A stretch of 64,000 bases of DNA, from contig JANMWI010000034.1 in assembly GCA_031393955.1 (NCBI GenBank), forward strand, positions 433 to 64,432, written 5' to 3'. Within the stretch, counting starts at the first letter, position 1. Every line of letters starts with the position of its first letter. Below the pieces are notes generated by a model that saw only the letters and a list, made by a program, of their open reading frames with translations, was not told where the DNA came from and did not search any database. The stretch comes from Acidobacteriota bacterium (lineage in GTDB: Bacteria > Acidobacteriota > Vicinamibacteria > Vicinamibacterales > 2-12-FULL-66-21). The translations under genes were made by a program, and so were the position numbers. Shown here piece by piece: positions 32,418-41,541 of the stretch.

Positions 32418-33692
32418 CTAGTGGCTCTGGCAGGACGAGCACCCGCCGCTGCCGCACCCGCCGCCGGACGCCGCCTTCGGCGCCGCCATCGGCAGGAACG
32501 TGCGCGATGCCGGCACCGGTGCCGGCACGTGCTGCTGCAGACGCGCGGCAGCGTCGAGAATCCCCTGATAGCCGCTGTGGCCCTCGCAGTATTCGCAGTC
32601 GCCGTGCGGCCGGACCGGCAGGCCGAAGGCGTGGGCGCGGAGATGCGCCACCTGGCACAGGAAGTCGACCGGCGACTCCGGGTCGCCGTTCTCGAGCTCG
32701 CCGTTGGCCGGGCACATGCCGCACATCGCCTTGAGCTCGCACTGGATGCACTTGGTCTGCCGGGTGATCTTCTTCGTATCGCGGACCCGCTGCAGGAACT
32801 CGTGCCAGCCGTCGCGGACGCTGCCGCCGCGCAGGCTGTAGGTGTCCTGCCGCGACAGCACGCAGATGCTCATCTCGCCGTTCGGATCGATCGCGAAGCT
32901 GTCGATGCCGCCGCCGCAGTGATAGAGCTGATCGCTCGTCTCGGGCGGATGGACCGGCCGGAGGAACTGCTCGGCGAACAGCTGCCACTCGGCCAGCCGC
33001 CGCGGGTCCTGCATGTCGAACTCGACGCACTCTTCGGGCGTCAGCCGGACGGCGAGCGGGCTCTGCGAGCAGTCGATGCGCGGGTTCATCTCGGTGTCGA
33101 AGCGGAATTCGACGCCGAGCTCCTCCGCGAACTGCTGCATCGCCAGCACTTCGTGCTTGTTGATCGTCACCGCGACGGTCTTCAGCTTGAGCGGCAGGCC
33201 GCGGTCGAGCAGCAGGCGGACGCCGCGCAGGCACTTGTCGTACGACCCCGGCACGCCGGTCAGCCGTTCGTAGGTCTCGCGGGTCCGGCCGTAGAGCGTG
33301 ATCTCAATCGCGAACGGCCGCCACTCGGCGAGGTAGTCGGCGATCGCCTCGGTGATGAGCGTGCCGTTGGTGAACAGGGTGATGATGAAGCCGGCGCGCT
33401 TGGCGTGGGTGTAGATCTCGAGGAAGTCGCGGCGCGCGAAAATCTCGCCGCCGGTGAGCAGCAGCCACAGGCAGCCGGCCTCCGCCATCTCGTCGAGCAC
33501 CCGGCACAGCTCGGCGGTCGAGAGCTCGCCGGCCTGCGCCGCGCGGTCGCCCATCGGCAGGTTGTTGTAGCAGTGCACGCACGCCAGCGGGCAGCGGCGC
33601 GTTACCTCGATGGTGGCGTTGAGCGGCGCCCGCAGGGTGCGGACCTGGGCGTGCAGCGACTGGCTGAAGGCGCCGTAGCTGATGGTCTCCAC
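32418..33692 (-). CDS. Radical SAM / SPASM-domain peptide-modifying enzyme
   Basis: CxxxCxxC motif (TRRCPLACVHCYNN). The SPASM Cys pattern is HCGGGIDSFAIDPNGEMSIC ... CIQCELKAMCGMCPA ... FLCQ. An extra Cys-rich C-terminal tail ends in SGGGCGSGGCSSCQSH. Confidence 0.85.
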   Translation of the reverse strand: METISYGAFSQSLHAQVRTLRAPLNATIEVTRRCPLACVHCYNNLPMGDRAAQAGELSTAELCRVLDEMAEAGCLWLLLTGGEIFARRDFLEIYTHAKRAGFIITLFTNGTLITEAIADYLAEWRPFAIEITLYGRTRETYERLTGVPGSYDKCLRGVRLLLDRGLPLKLKTVAVTINKHEVLAMQQFAEELGVEFRFDTEMNPRIDCSQSPLAVRLTPEECVEFDMQDPRRLAEWQLFAEQFLRPVHPPETSDQLYHCGGGIDSFAIDPNGEMSICVLSRQDTYSLRGGSVRDGWHEFLQRVRDTKKITRQTKCIQCELKAMCGMCPANGELENGDPESPVDFLCQVAHLRAHAFGLPVRPHGDCEYCEGHSGYQGILDAAARLQQHVPAPVPASRTFLPMAAPKAASGGGCGSGGCSSCQSH

Positions 33693-33694
33693 GG

Positions 33695-34015
33695 TCAGGC
33701 CCGTCCCGCTTCCGCCGCGTCGACCAGCTTGCGCTCGACCAGCGAGTCGATCAATTCGCGGACGTCCGCCGTCGCCGCCTCCGGGCCGATGTCGTACTCG
33801 GCGCAGAGCGCGTCGACAATTTCCGGCACCGACACCGGCTGCTGCAGCAGCGTCCAGACGCGGGCGGCCACCTCGGTCAGCGTATAGACGGCATCGAGGT
33901 CGCCGACCCGGCTGGACACGGGAATCAGGATCGTTTCCGAGCCGATGCGGCGGCTGACGAGACCGGGATGGGCCACGACGCGGCCGTCCACGCTCTCGAC
34001 GCTTGCGCGTGTCAT
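33695..34015 (-). CDS. PqqD-family peptide chaperone (RRE-type)
   Basis: 106 aa. Contains VYTLTEVAARVWTLLQQPVSVPEIVDALCAEYDIGPEAATADVRELIDSLVERKLV. GGAGG lies 4 nt upstream of the ATG. The stop is 2 nt before the rSAM start. Confidence 0.8.
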   Translation of the reverse strand: MTRASVESVDGRVVAHPGLVSRRIGSETILIPVSSRVGDLDAVYTLTEVAARVWTLLQQPVSVPEIVDALCAEYDIGPEAATADVRELIDSLVERKLVDAAEAGRA

Positions 34016-34087
34016 GTCGCCTCCTTCTGCTGAGATGGCTCTATTGTAGCCGATTGCCGCCGGCCGGCGGCGCCGGCGGCGGGGCGG

Positions 34088-34882
34088 TCACCAGTGGTCG
34101 AGGGTGCCGTCGCGCCGGGCGCGCCGGACCCCCAGTCCGAACACCGCGAGGCTGAGCGGCACCCCGATCGCCGCAAAAATCGCCAGCCGGCCGAGATCGC
34201 CGGCGATACCGCCCGGCGGGGCGCCGTCGAGGACCGCCGCCCGCATGCCGTTGACGGCGTGCGTAATCGGCAGCAGCGCCGAGACGTGGCGGAGCGCCGT
34301 CGGCAGGTAGTCGACCGGATAGAGCACGCCGCCAAGCAGCCACGATCCACTGCCGAACAGCCACAGCAGCGGGTCGCCGCGCTTGAAGATCAGCGTGAAG
34401 GTCGCCGAGAGGATCCCGATGCTGCTGAAGGCGAGCAGCGACAGCAGCAGCACCAGCACCGCGGCGGGTACGTTCATGCCCGAGAGCGGGACGCCAAATG
34501 CCATCCCGATGATCAGGTAGACGCCGGCATCGAGCGAGGCGCGCAGGTACGGATACACCGACGAGCAGACCAGGAACGTCGTCGGCGAGGTCGGCGTCGT
34601 CAGCACCGCCTTGAGCGTGCCGGCCAGCTGGCTGCCTTTGATCGCCTGGGAGAAGCACACCAGGCAGGTCGTCATGTAGGCGTTGACGGTCATGCCGACG
34701 AGCAGGAACGGAAACGACGCGTAGCCCTGCGGCCGCGTCGTCCCGAGCAGCTGCGCGAAGAAGAAGAACGCCGCGACCGTGATGCCGACGTGCATCGCCT
34801 CGAGCGCGAACGACAGCCGGTAGCTGACGTCGGTGGCGAGATCCCGCTTGAGGAACGCGGCCAGCTTCCAGACGAGCGGCAT
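34088..34882 (-). CDS. ABC-2 type transporter permease
   Basis: Trimmed from ORF 34088..35719 to ATG 34882 (MPLVWKLAAFLKRDL), which forms an ATGA overlap with the ATPase stop. About six hydrophobic segments. Confidence 0.75.
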   Translation of the reverse strand: MPLVWKLAAFLKRDLATDVSYRLSFALEAMHVGITVAAFFFFAQLLGTTRPQGYASFPFLLVGMTVNAYMTTCLVCFSQAIKGSQLAGTLKAVLTTPTSPTTFLVCSSVYPYLRASLDAGVYLIIGMAFGVPLSGMNVPAAVLVLLLSLLAFSSIGILSATFTLIFKRGDPLLWLFGSGSWLLGGVLYPVDYLPTALRHVSALLPITHAVNGMRAAVLDGAPPGGIAGDLGRLAIFAAIGVPLSLAVFGLGVRRARRDGTLDHW

Positions 34883-35679
34883 CACCGGCTCGCCTCGTCC
34901 GCCGCCGGCTCCGCGTCGAACCGGATCCCGACGGGCAGATCGGCCGCGTCCCACACGCCGGCGATGGTCCCGCCGCGGAGGAGCGCCACGCGATCGCAGA
35001 GCGCTCTGGCGGTGCCCAGGTCGTGCGTCACCATCAGCACCGTCTTGCCCATGTCCGCGGCCAGCGAGCGCCGCAGCAGCGCGTGGAACGCGTCCTGCGA
35101 TGCCGGGTCGAGGCTGCGGGCCGGTTCGTCGAGCAGCAGGATCGGCGGATCCGCGAGGAGCGCCCGCGCGAGGCCGAGCTTCTGCCGCATCCCCGTCGAG
35201 CAGCGCTGGACGACCGTTTCCTCGAGCTCGGGGGCGCCGATCAGCCGCAGCACCTCGCCGGTGCGGCGCCGCGCCGCGGCGGGCGACAGGTCGTTCAGGG
35301 CGGCAAAGAACTCCAGGTTGGCCCGGCCGGTCAGCCGCGCGTAGAACCCGTCGGTGCCGGCGGGAGCGTAGCCGACCAGGCGCCGCACCTGTTGTGCCTG
35401 CGACACCAGGCTGCAGCCGCCGACGAACCCCTCGCCGGCGGTCGGCAGTTGCGTGGTCGCGAGAATCTCGAGCAGCGTGGTCTTGCCGGCGCCGTTCGCG
35501 CCGACGAGACCGATGATTTCGCCGCGGCGAACCTCGAGCGTCACATCCGTCAGCACGTCGTGGCGGCGCGGCGCGCCGGCGCCGGCCGGCCGCCCCGCCC
35601 GGGCCGGGAACGATTTCGCAATCGCGCGCAGTCGAATGGCGGCGCCCGGCGGCATGTCTGTCATCAGAGGTGCGGGCAC
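34882..35679 (-). CDS. ABC transporter ATP-binding protein
   Basis: Walker A GLVGANGAGKTTLL, signature CSTGMRQKLGLARAL, Walker B ILLLDEP. The start is uncertain (GTG 35679, or an ATG 5 or 8 codons downstream). Confidence 0.85.
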   Translation of the reverse strand: MPAPLMTDMPPGAAIRLRAIAKSFPARAGRPAGAGAPRRHDVLTDVTLEVRRGEIIGLVGANGAGKTTLLEILATTQLPTAGEGFVGGCSLVSQAQQVRRLVGYAPAGTDGFYARLTGRANLEFFAALNDLSPAAARRRTGEVLRLIGAPELEETVVQRCSTGMRQKLGLARALLADPPILLLDEPARSLDPASQDAFHALLRRSLAADMGKTVLMVTHDLGTARALCDRVALLRGGTIAGVWDAADLPVGIRFDAEPAADEASR

Positions 35680-35808
35680 ATTGCAGGCTGGACCGGCTTG
35701 TCCAGGTTATCGGCGGCACCGCCGCCGGTCTTTATGCATCCGCCGGAATCGGCGTCCCGGCGCGATCGCGCGACCGGCGTCCGGCGTTCTGCGATAGATT
35801 ACAGACCG

Positions 35809-36651
35809 ATGGCCCGCGATGTTGACGTCCTCGCCGCTCCGACGCTGAAGCACCTGCGCGAGCGGTGGTGGGACGATGCTTTCACGCGCTTCCTTCGGGA
35901 CACGGTCCAGCCGCGCGCCGGGCGCCGGATCCTCGATGTCGGCTGCGGCACCGGCATCGCCGAGGTGCGGCTGTCGCGGCTCCAGCTGACCCAGGTTTCG
36001 CTCGTCGCCGTCGATCTCAACGTCGAGCGCGTTCAGCAGGCGCTCGGCGCGGCCCGTTCGCACAACATCCGCGCCAGTTTCGCGGCGGCGGACGGCCAGG
36101 CGCTGCCGTTCGCGGACGACACGTTCGACGCGGCGTTCTGCGTCGCCGTCCTCCAGCACGTCGCCGACGTCGGCGCGGCGGTACGCGACCTGGCGCGGGT
36201 GACGCGCCCGGGCGGCCGGCTCGTCGCGGTCGAGCCCGACAACAGCGCCCGGTATTTCTACAGTTCGGTCGATGCCGGGATGCGCGCCTTCGCGGCGGCG
36301 GGACTGTTCTTCGCGAGCCTCGCGGCGGAGCGCACCGATGCCACCGACGCCGCGGTCGGGCCGCGGCTGCCGAGCCTGTTCGCCGGCTGCGGCATCGAGT
36401 TGCTCGACGTCCAGCTGTTCCCGGTCTCCCGCGCGCAGCTCGGCGTGCCGGCCGCGGCGCTGTGGAAGGAGCGCCGCGAGGCGGTCGGGCTGGCGGTCGA
36501 GCGCGCCCAGGACGCCGCCACCAAGCGGCTCGGCGAGGCGTATCTGGCCCGGCTCGATGACTATGCCGCGGCGGCCGCCGCCGCCGGGCCGTCGTTTGTC
36601 GAGATCCAGAACACGATGCTGTTCGCGACCGTCGGACAGAAGCCCGAATGA
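35809..36651 (+). CDS. Class I SAM-dependent methyltransferase
   Basis: Trimmed from ORF 35023..36651 to ATG 35809 (MARDVDVLAAP). Motif I is ILDVGCGTGIA, plus FDAAFCVAVLQHV and GGRLVAVEP. Confidence 0.7.
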   Translation: MARDVDVLAAPTLKHLRERWWDDAFTRFLRDTVQPRAGRRILDVGCGTGIAEVRLSRLQLTQVSLVAVDLNVERVQQALGAARSHNIRASFAAADGQALPFADDTFDAAFCVAVLQHVADVGAAVRDLARVTRPGGRLVAVEPDNSARYFYSSVDAGMRAFAAAGLFFASLAAERTDATDAAVGPRLPSLFAGCGIELLDVQLFPVSRAQLGVPAAALWKERREAVGLAVERAQDAATKRLGEAYLARLDDYAAAAAAAGPSFVEIQNTMLFATVGQKPE

Positions 36652-37433
36652 CACGATCGAGCGCGGCCCGGGGCTGGGAAGGATGGGACTCGTACGCGCC
36701 GTTCTACGACTGGGAGAACGCGCAGACTGTCGCCCGCCGCGACGTCGCCTTCTGGCGGCGGCTGGCGGTCGCGCAGGACGGCCGGGTCCTCGAGCTCGGC
36801 TGTGGTACCGGCCGGGTCACGGTCCCGGTGGCACGTGCCGGCGCGCAGGTGGTCGGCATCGATCGCTCCACCGAGATGCTCGCCCGCGGCCGGCTGCGGC
36901 TGCGGCGGGCCAGGCTTCAGGATCAGGCGCGGCTGGTGCGCGGCGACATCCGGGCGCTGCCGTTCCGGACGCGCCCGGGCTTCCGTTTGGTGATGGCGCC
37001 CTATGGGATCCTCCAGTCGCTGACGCGGGAGGCGGATCTGCAGGCGACGCTGGCTTCGGTCGCGCGGGTGCTGCCGCGCGGCGCGCTGTTCGGCATCGAC
37101 CTCGTGCCGGATCTGCCGCGGTGGTCCGAATACGAGGGCCGGCGGAGCTTCGCCGGCCGGCGCGGCACCAAAACGCACCTCACGCTCGTCGAGTCGGTCC
37201 GCCAGGATCGCCGGCGGCGGCTGACGATCTTCGATCACGAGTACATCGAGCGCCGCGGCCGCACCGAGCGGGTGTACAAGTTCTCGCTGACCTTCCGGAC
37301 GCTGTCGGTGCCGCAGATGGCGCGCCGTCTCGAGGCGGCCGGTTTCGCGATCGACGCGGTTCTGGGGGACTATCGCGGCGGCGCCTGGGACAGCCGCGCG
37401 GACGTCTGGATCATCCTGGCCCGGCGGCGCTAG
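36648..37433 (+). CDS. Class I SAM-dependent methyltransferase
   Basis: ATGA overlap with the previous gene. Motif I is VLELGCGTGRVTVPVARAGAQVVGIDRSTEML. Confidence 0.7.
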   Translation: MTRSSAARGWEGWDSYAPFYDWENAQTVARRDVAFWRRLAVAQDGRVLELGCGTGRVTVPVARAGAQVVGIDRSTEMLARGRLRLRRARLQDQARLVRGDIRALPFRTRPGFRLVMAPYGILQSLTREADLQATLASVARVLPRGALFGIDLVPDLPRWSEYEGRRSFAGRRGTKTHLTLVESVRQDRRRRLTIFDHEYIERRGRTERVYKFSLTFRTLSVPQMARRLEAAGFAIDAVLGDYRGGAWDSRADVWIILARRR

Positions 37434-37517
37434 CGGTCCGGCGGGCGGTCGCACCGGTTCTCCGGCGTGTGGTAACATGACCGGTCATTTTCCTCGTTTA
37501 AATCTGGAGTTTTCACC

Positions 37518-38267
37518 ATGTCCGGCCATTCGAAATGGCACACGATCAAGCATAAGAAGGGTGCCGCGGACGCCAAGCGCGGCAAGATCTTCACCCGCAT
37601 CATCAAGGAACTGACGGTCGCGGCCCGCGGCGGCGGCGGCGATCCCGACATGAACCCGCGGCTGCGGACGATTGTCGCGGAAGCGAAGTCCGTGAACATG
37701 CCGGCCGACAACATCAAGCGCGCGATCCAGCGCGGCACCGGCGAGCTGCCCGGCGTCTCGTACGAGGAGATCACCTACGAGGGCTACGGCCCCGGCGGCG
37801 CGGCGGTGATTGTCGAGACCCTGACCGACAACAAGAACCGCACCGTCGGCGAAATCCGCCACACCCTCGCCAAGTTCGGCGGCAACCTCGCGGCCGAGAA
37901 CAGCGTCGCCTGGATGTTCGACAAGAAGGGCTACATCGTCGTCGAGAAGGCGAAGGCCAGCGAGGACACGCTGATGGCGGCGGCGATCGACGCCGGCGCC
38001 GACGACATGCGCGACGACGGCGAGGCGTGGGAGGTGGTGTCGGCACCGGAGGCGTTCCAGAAGGTGCTCGAGGCGGTCAAGGCGCTCGGCATCGAGCCGG
38101 CGGCGGCCGAGATTGCCTTTCTGCCGCAGAACTACGTCAAGCTCGAGGGCAAGCCGGCGCAGCAGATGATCCGCCTGATGGAAGCGCTCGAGGAGAACGA
38201 GGACAGCAAGAAGGTCTGGTCGAACGCCGACATTGAAGAGAAGGAGATCGAGGCCTCGTTGGCGTGA
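37518..38267 (+). CDS. yebC: YebC/PmpR-family DNA-binding transcriptional regulator
   Basis: Hallmark N-terminus MSGHSKWHTIKHKKGAADAKRGKIFTRIIKEL. A GGAG RBS lies upstream, and the leader is AT-richer. Confidence 0.9.
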   Translation: MSGHSKWHTIKHKKGAADAKRGKIFTRIIKELTVAARGGGGDPDMNPRLRTIVAEAKSVNMPADNIKRAIQRGTGELPGVSYEEITYEGYGPGGAAVIVETLTDNKNRTVGEIRHTLAKFGGNLAAENSVAWMFDKKGYIVVEKAKASEDTLMAAAIDAGADDMRDDGEAWEVVSAPEAFQKVLEAVKALGIEPAAAEIAFLPQNYVKLEGKPAQQMIRLMEALEENEDSKKVWSNADIEEKEIEASLA

Positions 38268-38806
38268 AGATCTTCGGGATCGATCCCGGCTCCGAGCGGA
38301 CCGGCTACGGCTGTATCGAGACCGCCGGCGGCCGCCACCAGCTCGTGATCTGCGGCGCCCTGTCGGCCCCCGCCCATTCGACGTTTCCCGAAAAGCTGAA
38401 GCACATTCACGCCGGGCTGGCGGCGCTGCTGGCGCGGCACCAGCCCGACTGCGTCGCGGTCGAGGAAGTCTTCCACGCCCGCAACGTCCAGAGCGCGCTG
38501 AAGCTCGGCCACGCCCGCGGCGTGGCGCTGCTCGCGGCCGCCGAAGCCGGCCTGCCGGTCGCCGAGTACGCGCCGACCCGGATCAAGCTGGCGGTGGTCG
38601 GCTTCGGCCGCGCCGAGAAGCACCAGGTCGGCGAGATGATCAAGCTGCTGCTCGGCCTCGCCGCGGTGCCGACGCCCCACGATGCGGCCGACGCCCTGGC
38701 GGTGGCGATCTGTCATCTGCACAGCGCCACCGGCGCGATTGCCGAGCGCGCTGCGGCGGTCCGGCCGGCGACGCCGCTGCGATCGTGGCGCGATTACCGG
38801 CCATGA
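38264..38806 (+). CDS. ruvC: Crossover junction endodeoxyribonuclease RuvC
   Basis: GTG start overlapping the yebC stop. Contains KIFGIDPGSERTGYG and AVEEVF. Confidence 0.9.
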   Translation: MKIFGIDPGSERTGYGCIETAGGRHQLVICGALSAPAHSTFPEKLKHIHAGLAALLARHQPDCVAVEEVFHARNVQSALKLGHARGVALLAAAEAGLPVAEYAPTRIKLAVVGFGRAEKHQVGEMIKLLLGLAAVPTPHDAADALAVAICHLHSATGAIAERAAAVRPATPLRSWRDYRP

Positions 38807-38882
38807 GCGCGCGTCGCGCGAGCACCGGTCTCGATTGGCACCTGGCGCGGCGGCCGGCTCCGCCGCCGGCGGGCGGGCGCCG

Positions 38883-39479
38883 GTGATTGCCGGCCTGCGC
38901 GGCGTGCTGCTCGAGAAGAGTCCCAGCCGCCTGATCGTCGACGTCGGCGGCGTCGGCTACGACGTCCAGGTGCCGCTCTCGACCTTCTACGTCATCGGTG
39001 AGGCCGGCACCGAGGTGACGCTGCGCGTCCACACCCACGTCCGTGAAGACGCGCTCGCGCTCTACGGCTTCGCGACGCCGCTCGAACAGCAGCTATTCGA
39101 AAAACTGATCGGCATCAGCGGCATCGGCCCGAAGCTGGCGCTGGCGGTGCTCTCGGGGATCGAGCCGGCCGACCTGATCCGGGCGATCCGGCTGCAGGAC
39201 GTCGCGCGGCTGACGGCGATTCCCGGCGTCGGCAAGAAGACCGCCGAGCGGATCGGCCTCGAGCTCAAGGACCGCCTGCCGGTGGCGCTGCCCGGCAGCG
39301 CGGCGGCGGCGCCGGTGGCGGCCGCCGACCAGTTCCGCGACGACCTGCTGTCGGCGCTCGTCAACCTCGGCTACCAGCGCGCCGCGGCCGAACGGGCGAT
39401 CGATAAGTCGGTCAAGCCGGACGCCGGCTTCGAGCAGGCGCTCCGCGACGTGCTGCGCGCGCTGATGGGGAGCCGATGA
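38883..39479 (+). CDS. ruvA: Holliday junction branch migration complex subunit RuvA
   Basis: Trimmed from ORF 38682..39479 to GTG 38883 ([31 protein letters not shown]). HhH motifs are ISGIGPKLA and [12 protein letters not shown]. Confidence 0.85.
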   Translation: MIAGLRGVLLEKSPSRLIVDVGGVGYDVQVPLSTFYVIGEAGTEVTLRVHTHVREDALALYGFATPLEQQLFEKLIGISGIGPKLALAVLSGIEPADLIRAIRLQDVARLTAIPGVGKKTAERIGLELKDRLPVALPGSAAAAPVAAADQFRDDLLSALVNLGYQRAAAERAIDKSVKPDAGFEQALRDVLRALMGSR

Positions 39480-40513
39480 CCGGGAAAGACGACGCCACGC
39501 CCGACGATCGCCTCGTGACGGCGCTCCGCGCCGACGACGATGCCCAGTACGAGGCCGGGCTGCGGCCGCGGACGCTCGACGAATACATCGGCCAGGAGCG
39601 CGTCCGCGAGAACCTCCACGTCTCGATCACCGCCGCCAGACAGCGCGGCGAGGCGCTCGACCACGTCCTGCTGTACGGCCCGCCGGGGCTCGGCAAGACG
39701 ACGCTGGCGTGCGTCATCGCCAACGAGCTCGGCGTCGCCATCCGCCCGACCGCCGGACCGGTGATCGAGAAGGCTGGCGACCTGGCGGCGATGCTGACCG
39801 CGCTCCAGGAGCGCGAGGTCCTGTTCATCGACGAAGTCCACCGGATGAGCCCGGCGATCGAGGAAATCCTCTACCCGGCGATGGAGGACTACGAGCTTGA
39901 CATCATGATCGGCCAGGGCCCGAGCGCGCGCTCGATCAAGGTCCCGCTCAAGCGCTTCACGCTGATCGGCGCCACCACCCGTACCGGGCTGCTGACCTCG
40001 CCGCTCCGGGCGCGGTTCGGGATCGTCCACCGCCTCGACTTCTACGGCGCCGACGACATCCGCGAGATCGTCCAGCGCTCGGCGCGGATCATCGGCGTGC
40101 CGATCGACGCCGACGCCTCGGTCGAGATCGCCAGGCGCTCGCGCGGCACGCCGCGCGTCGCCAACCGGCTGCTGCGCCGCGTCCGCGACTATGCCCAGGT
40201 CCGCGCCGGCGGCCACATCACGCTCGACGTCGCGCACCGCGCGCTGCAGCTGCTCGACGTCGACGAGCGCGGCTTCGACGAGATCGATCGGCGGCTGCTG
40301 CGGACGATCATCGAGAAGTTCGGCGGCGGCCCGGTCGGCGTCGCCAGCCTGGCAGCGGCGATGAGCGAGGAGCGCGACGCGATCGAGGACATCTACGAGC
40401 CGTTCCTGATCCAGGCCGGCTTTCTCGACCGCACCCCGCGCGGCCGCGTCGCGACGGCGCGGGCCTACGAGTATTTCGGCCTGGCGGCCCCTGGAAAGGA
40501 TCGGTTGTGGTGA
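39476..40513 (+). CDS. ruvB: Holliday junction DNA helicase RuvB
   Basis: Contains [22 protein letters not shown] and [20 protein letters not shown] overlap with ruvA. Confidence 0.95.
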   Translation: MTGKDDATPDDRLVTALRADDDAQYEAGLRPRTLDEYIGQERVRENLHVSITAARQRGEALDHVLLYGPPGLGKTTLACVIANELGVAIRPTAGPVIEKAGDLAAMLTALQEREVLFIDEVHRMSPAIEEILYPAMEDYELDIMIGQGPSARSIKVPLKRFTLIGATTRTGLLTSPLRARFGIVHRLDFYGADDIREIVQRSARIIGVPIDADASVEIARRSRGTPRVANRLLRRVRDYAQVRAGGHITLDVAHRALQLLDVDERGFDEIDRRLLRTIIEKFGGGPVGVASLAAAMSEERDAIEDIYEPFLIQAGFLDRTPRGRVATARAYEYFGLAAPGKDRLW

Positions 40514-41541
40514 GCGCTTCGCGAACGGTGATAACGCGGCCCGCGGGACAGCTGCGGCGGGTGAAGATTGCCGGGCTGTCGACGTTCGTGCCGCCGCGGG
40601 TGCTGACCAACGACGACCTCGAGAAGCTCGTCGACACCAGCAACGAGTGGATCCTGCAGCGCACCGGCATCAAGGAGCGGCACATCGTCGATCCCGGCGT
40701 GGCGACCTCGGATCTCGCCCGCGAGGCGGCGATTGGCGCGATGGCCCAGGCCGGCGTCACCCCCGACCAGATCGGCTTCATCGTCGTCGGCACGACGACG
40801 CCGGATACGATCTTTCCGAGCACGGCGTGCCTGCTGCAGGACAAGATCGGCGCCCGCCATGCCTGGGGCTTCGATCTCGGCGCCGCCTGCTCGGGGTTCA
40901 CCTACGCGCTGACGACCGGCGCGCAGATGGTCGCGACCGGCGCCCACGACTACGTCCTGTGCGTCGGCGCCGACGTGATGTCGAGCATCATCGACTACAC
41001 CGACCGGACGACCTGCGTGCTGTTCGGCGACGGCGCCGGCGCGGTGGTGCTGGCGGCGGCCGACGAGGACGAGCCGCACATCATCGACTTCGCGCACGAG
41101 ATCGACGGCAGCGGCGGCCCGGCGCTGTGCATGCCGGCCGGCGGCAGCCGGCGGCCGGCGAGCCACGAGACGGTCGATCAGCGGCTGCACTACGTCAAGC
41201 AGGACGGCCAGGCGGTGTTCAAGTTCGCGGTCCGTAGGTCGGAGGAGATCTGCCGCCGCGTCCTCGAGCGCAACCAGATCGATCCGTCGAGCCTCGACCT
41301 GTTCGTCTCGCATCAGGCCAACCGCCGGATCATCACCGCGCTCGCCGAACGTCTCGGCCTGCCGCCCGAGAAGGTGATCATCAACCTCGACATGTACGGC
41401 AACACGACCGCGGCGACGATTCCGCTGGCGATGGCGGACGCGGTCCGGCAGCAGCGGCTCAAGAAGGGGGACCTGGTCCTGCTCGCCTCGGTCGGCGCCG
41501 GGTTCACCGTCGGCGCCGTGCTCCTGCACTGGGCGATCTGA
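40507..41541 (+). CDS. fabH: 3-oxoacyl-ACP synthase III (FabH)
   Basis: Active-site context [10 protein letters not shown], plus SHQANRRII and [12 protein letters not shown]. The start may be GTG 40507 or the internal GTG at 40561 ([12 protein letters not shown]). Confidence 0.85.
   Translation: MVSASRTVITRPAGQLRRVKIAGLSTFVPPRVLTNDDLEKLVDTSNEWILQRTGIKERHIVDPGVATSDLAREAAIGAMAQAGVTPDQIGFIVVGTTTPDTIFPSTACLLQDKIGARHAWGFDLGAACSGFTYALTTGAQMVATGAHDYVLCVGADVMSSIIDYTDRTTCVLFGDGAGAVVLAAADEDEPHIIDFAHEIDGSGGPALCMPAGGSRRPASHETVDQRLHYVKQDGQAVFKFAVRRSEEICRRVLERNQIDPSSLDLFVSHQANRRIITALAERLGLPPEKVIINLDMYGNTTAATIPLAMADAVRQQRLKKGDLVLLASVGAGFTVGAVLLHWAI

Noticed and set aside
32372-32734. A plus-strand 120-aa ORF overlapping the rSAM 3' end and the small-ORF leader region.
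   Set aside because: The translation is Arg/Pro-rich and lies antisense to the rSAM SPASM region. It has no RBS.
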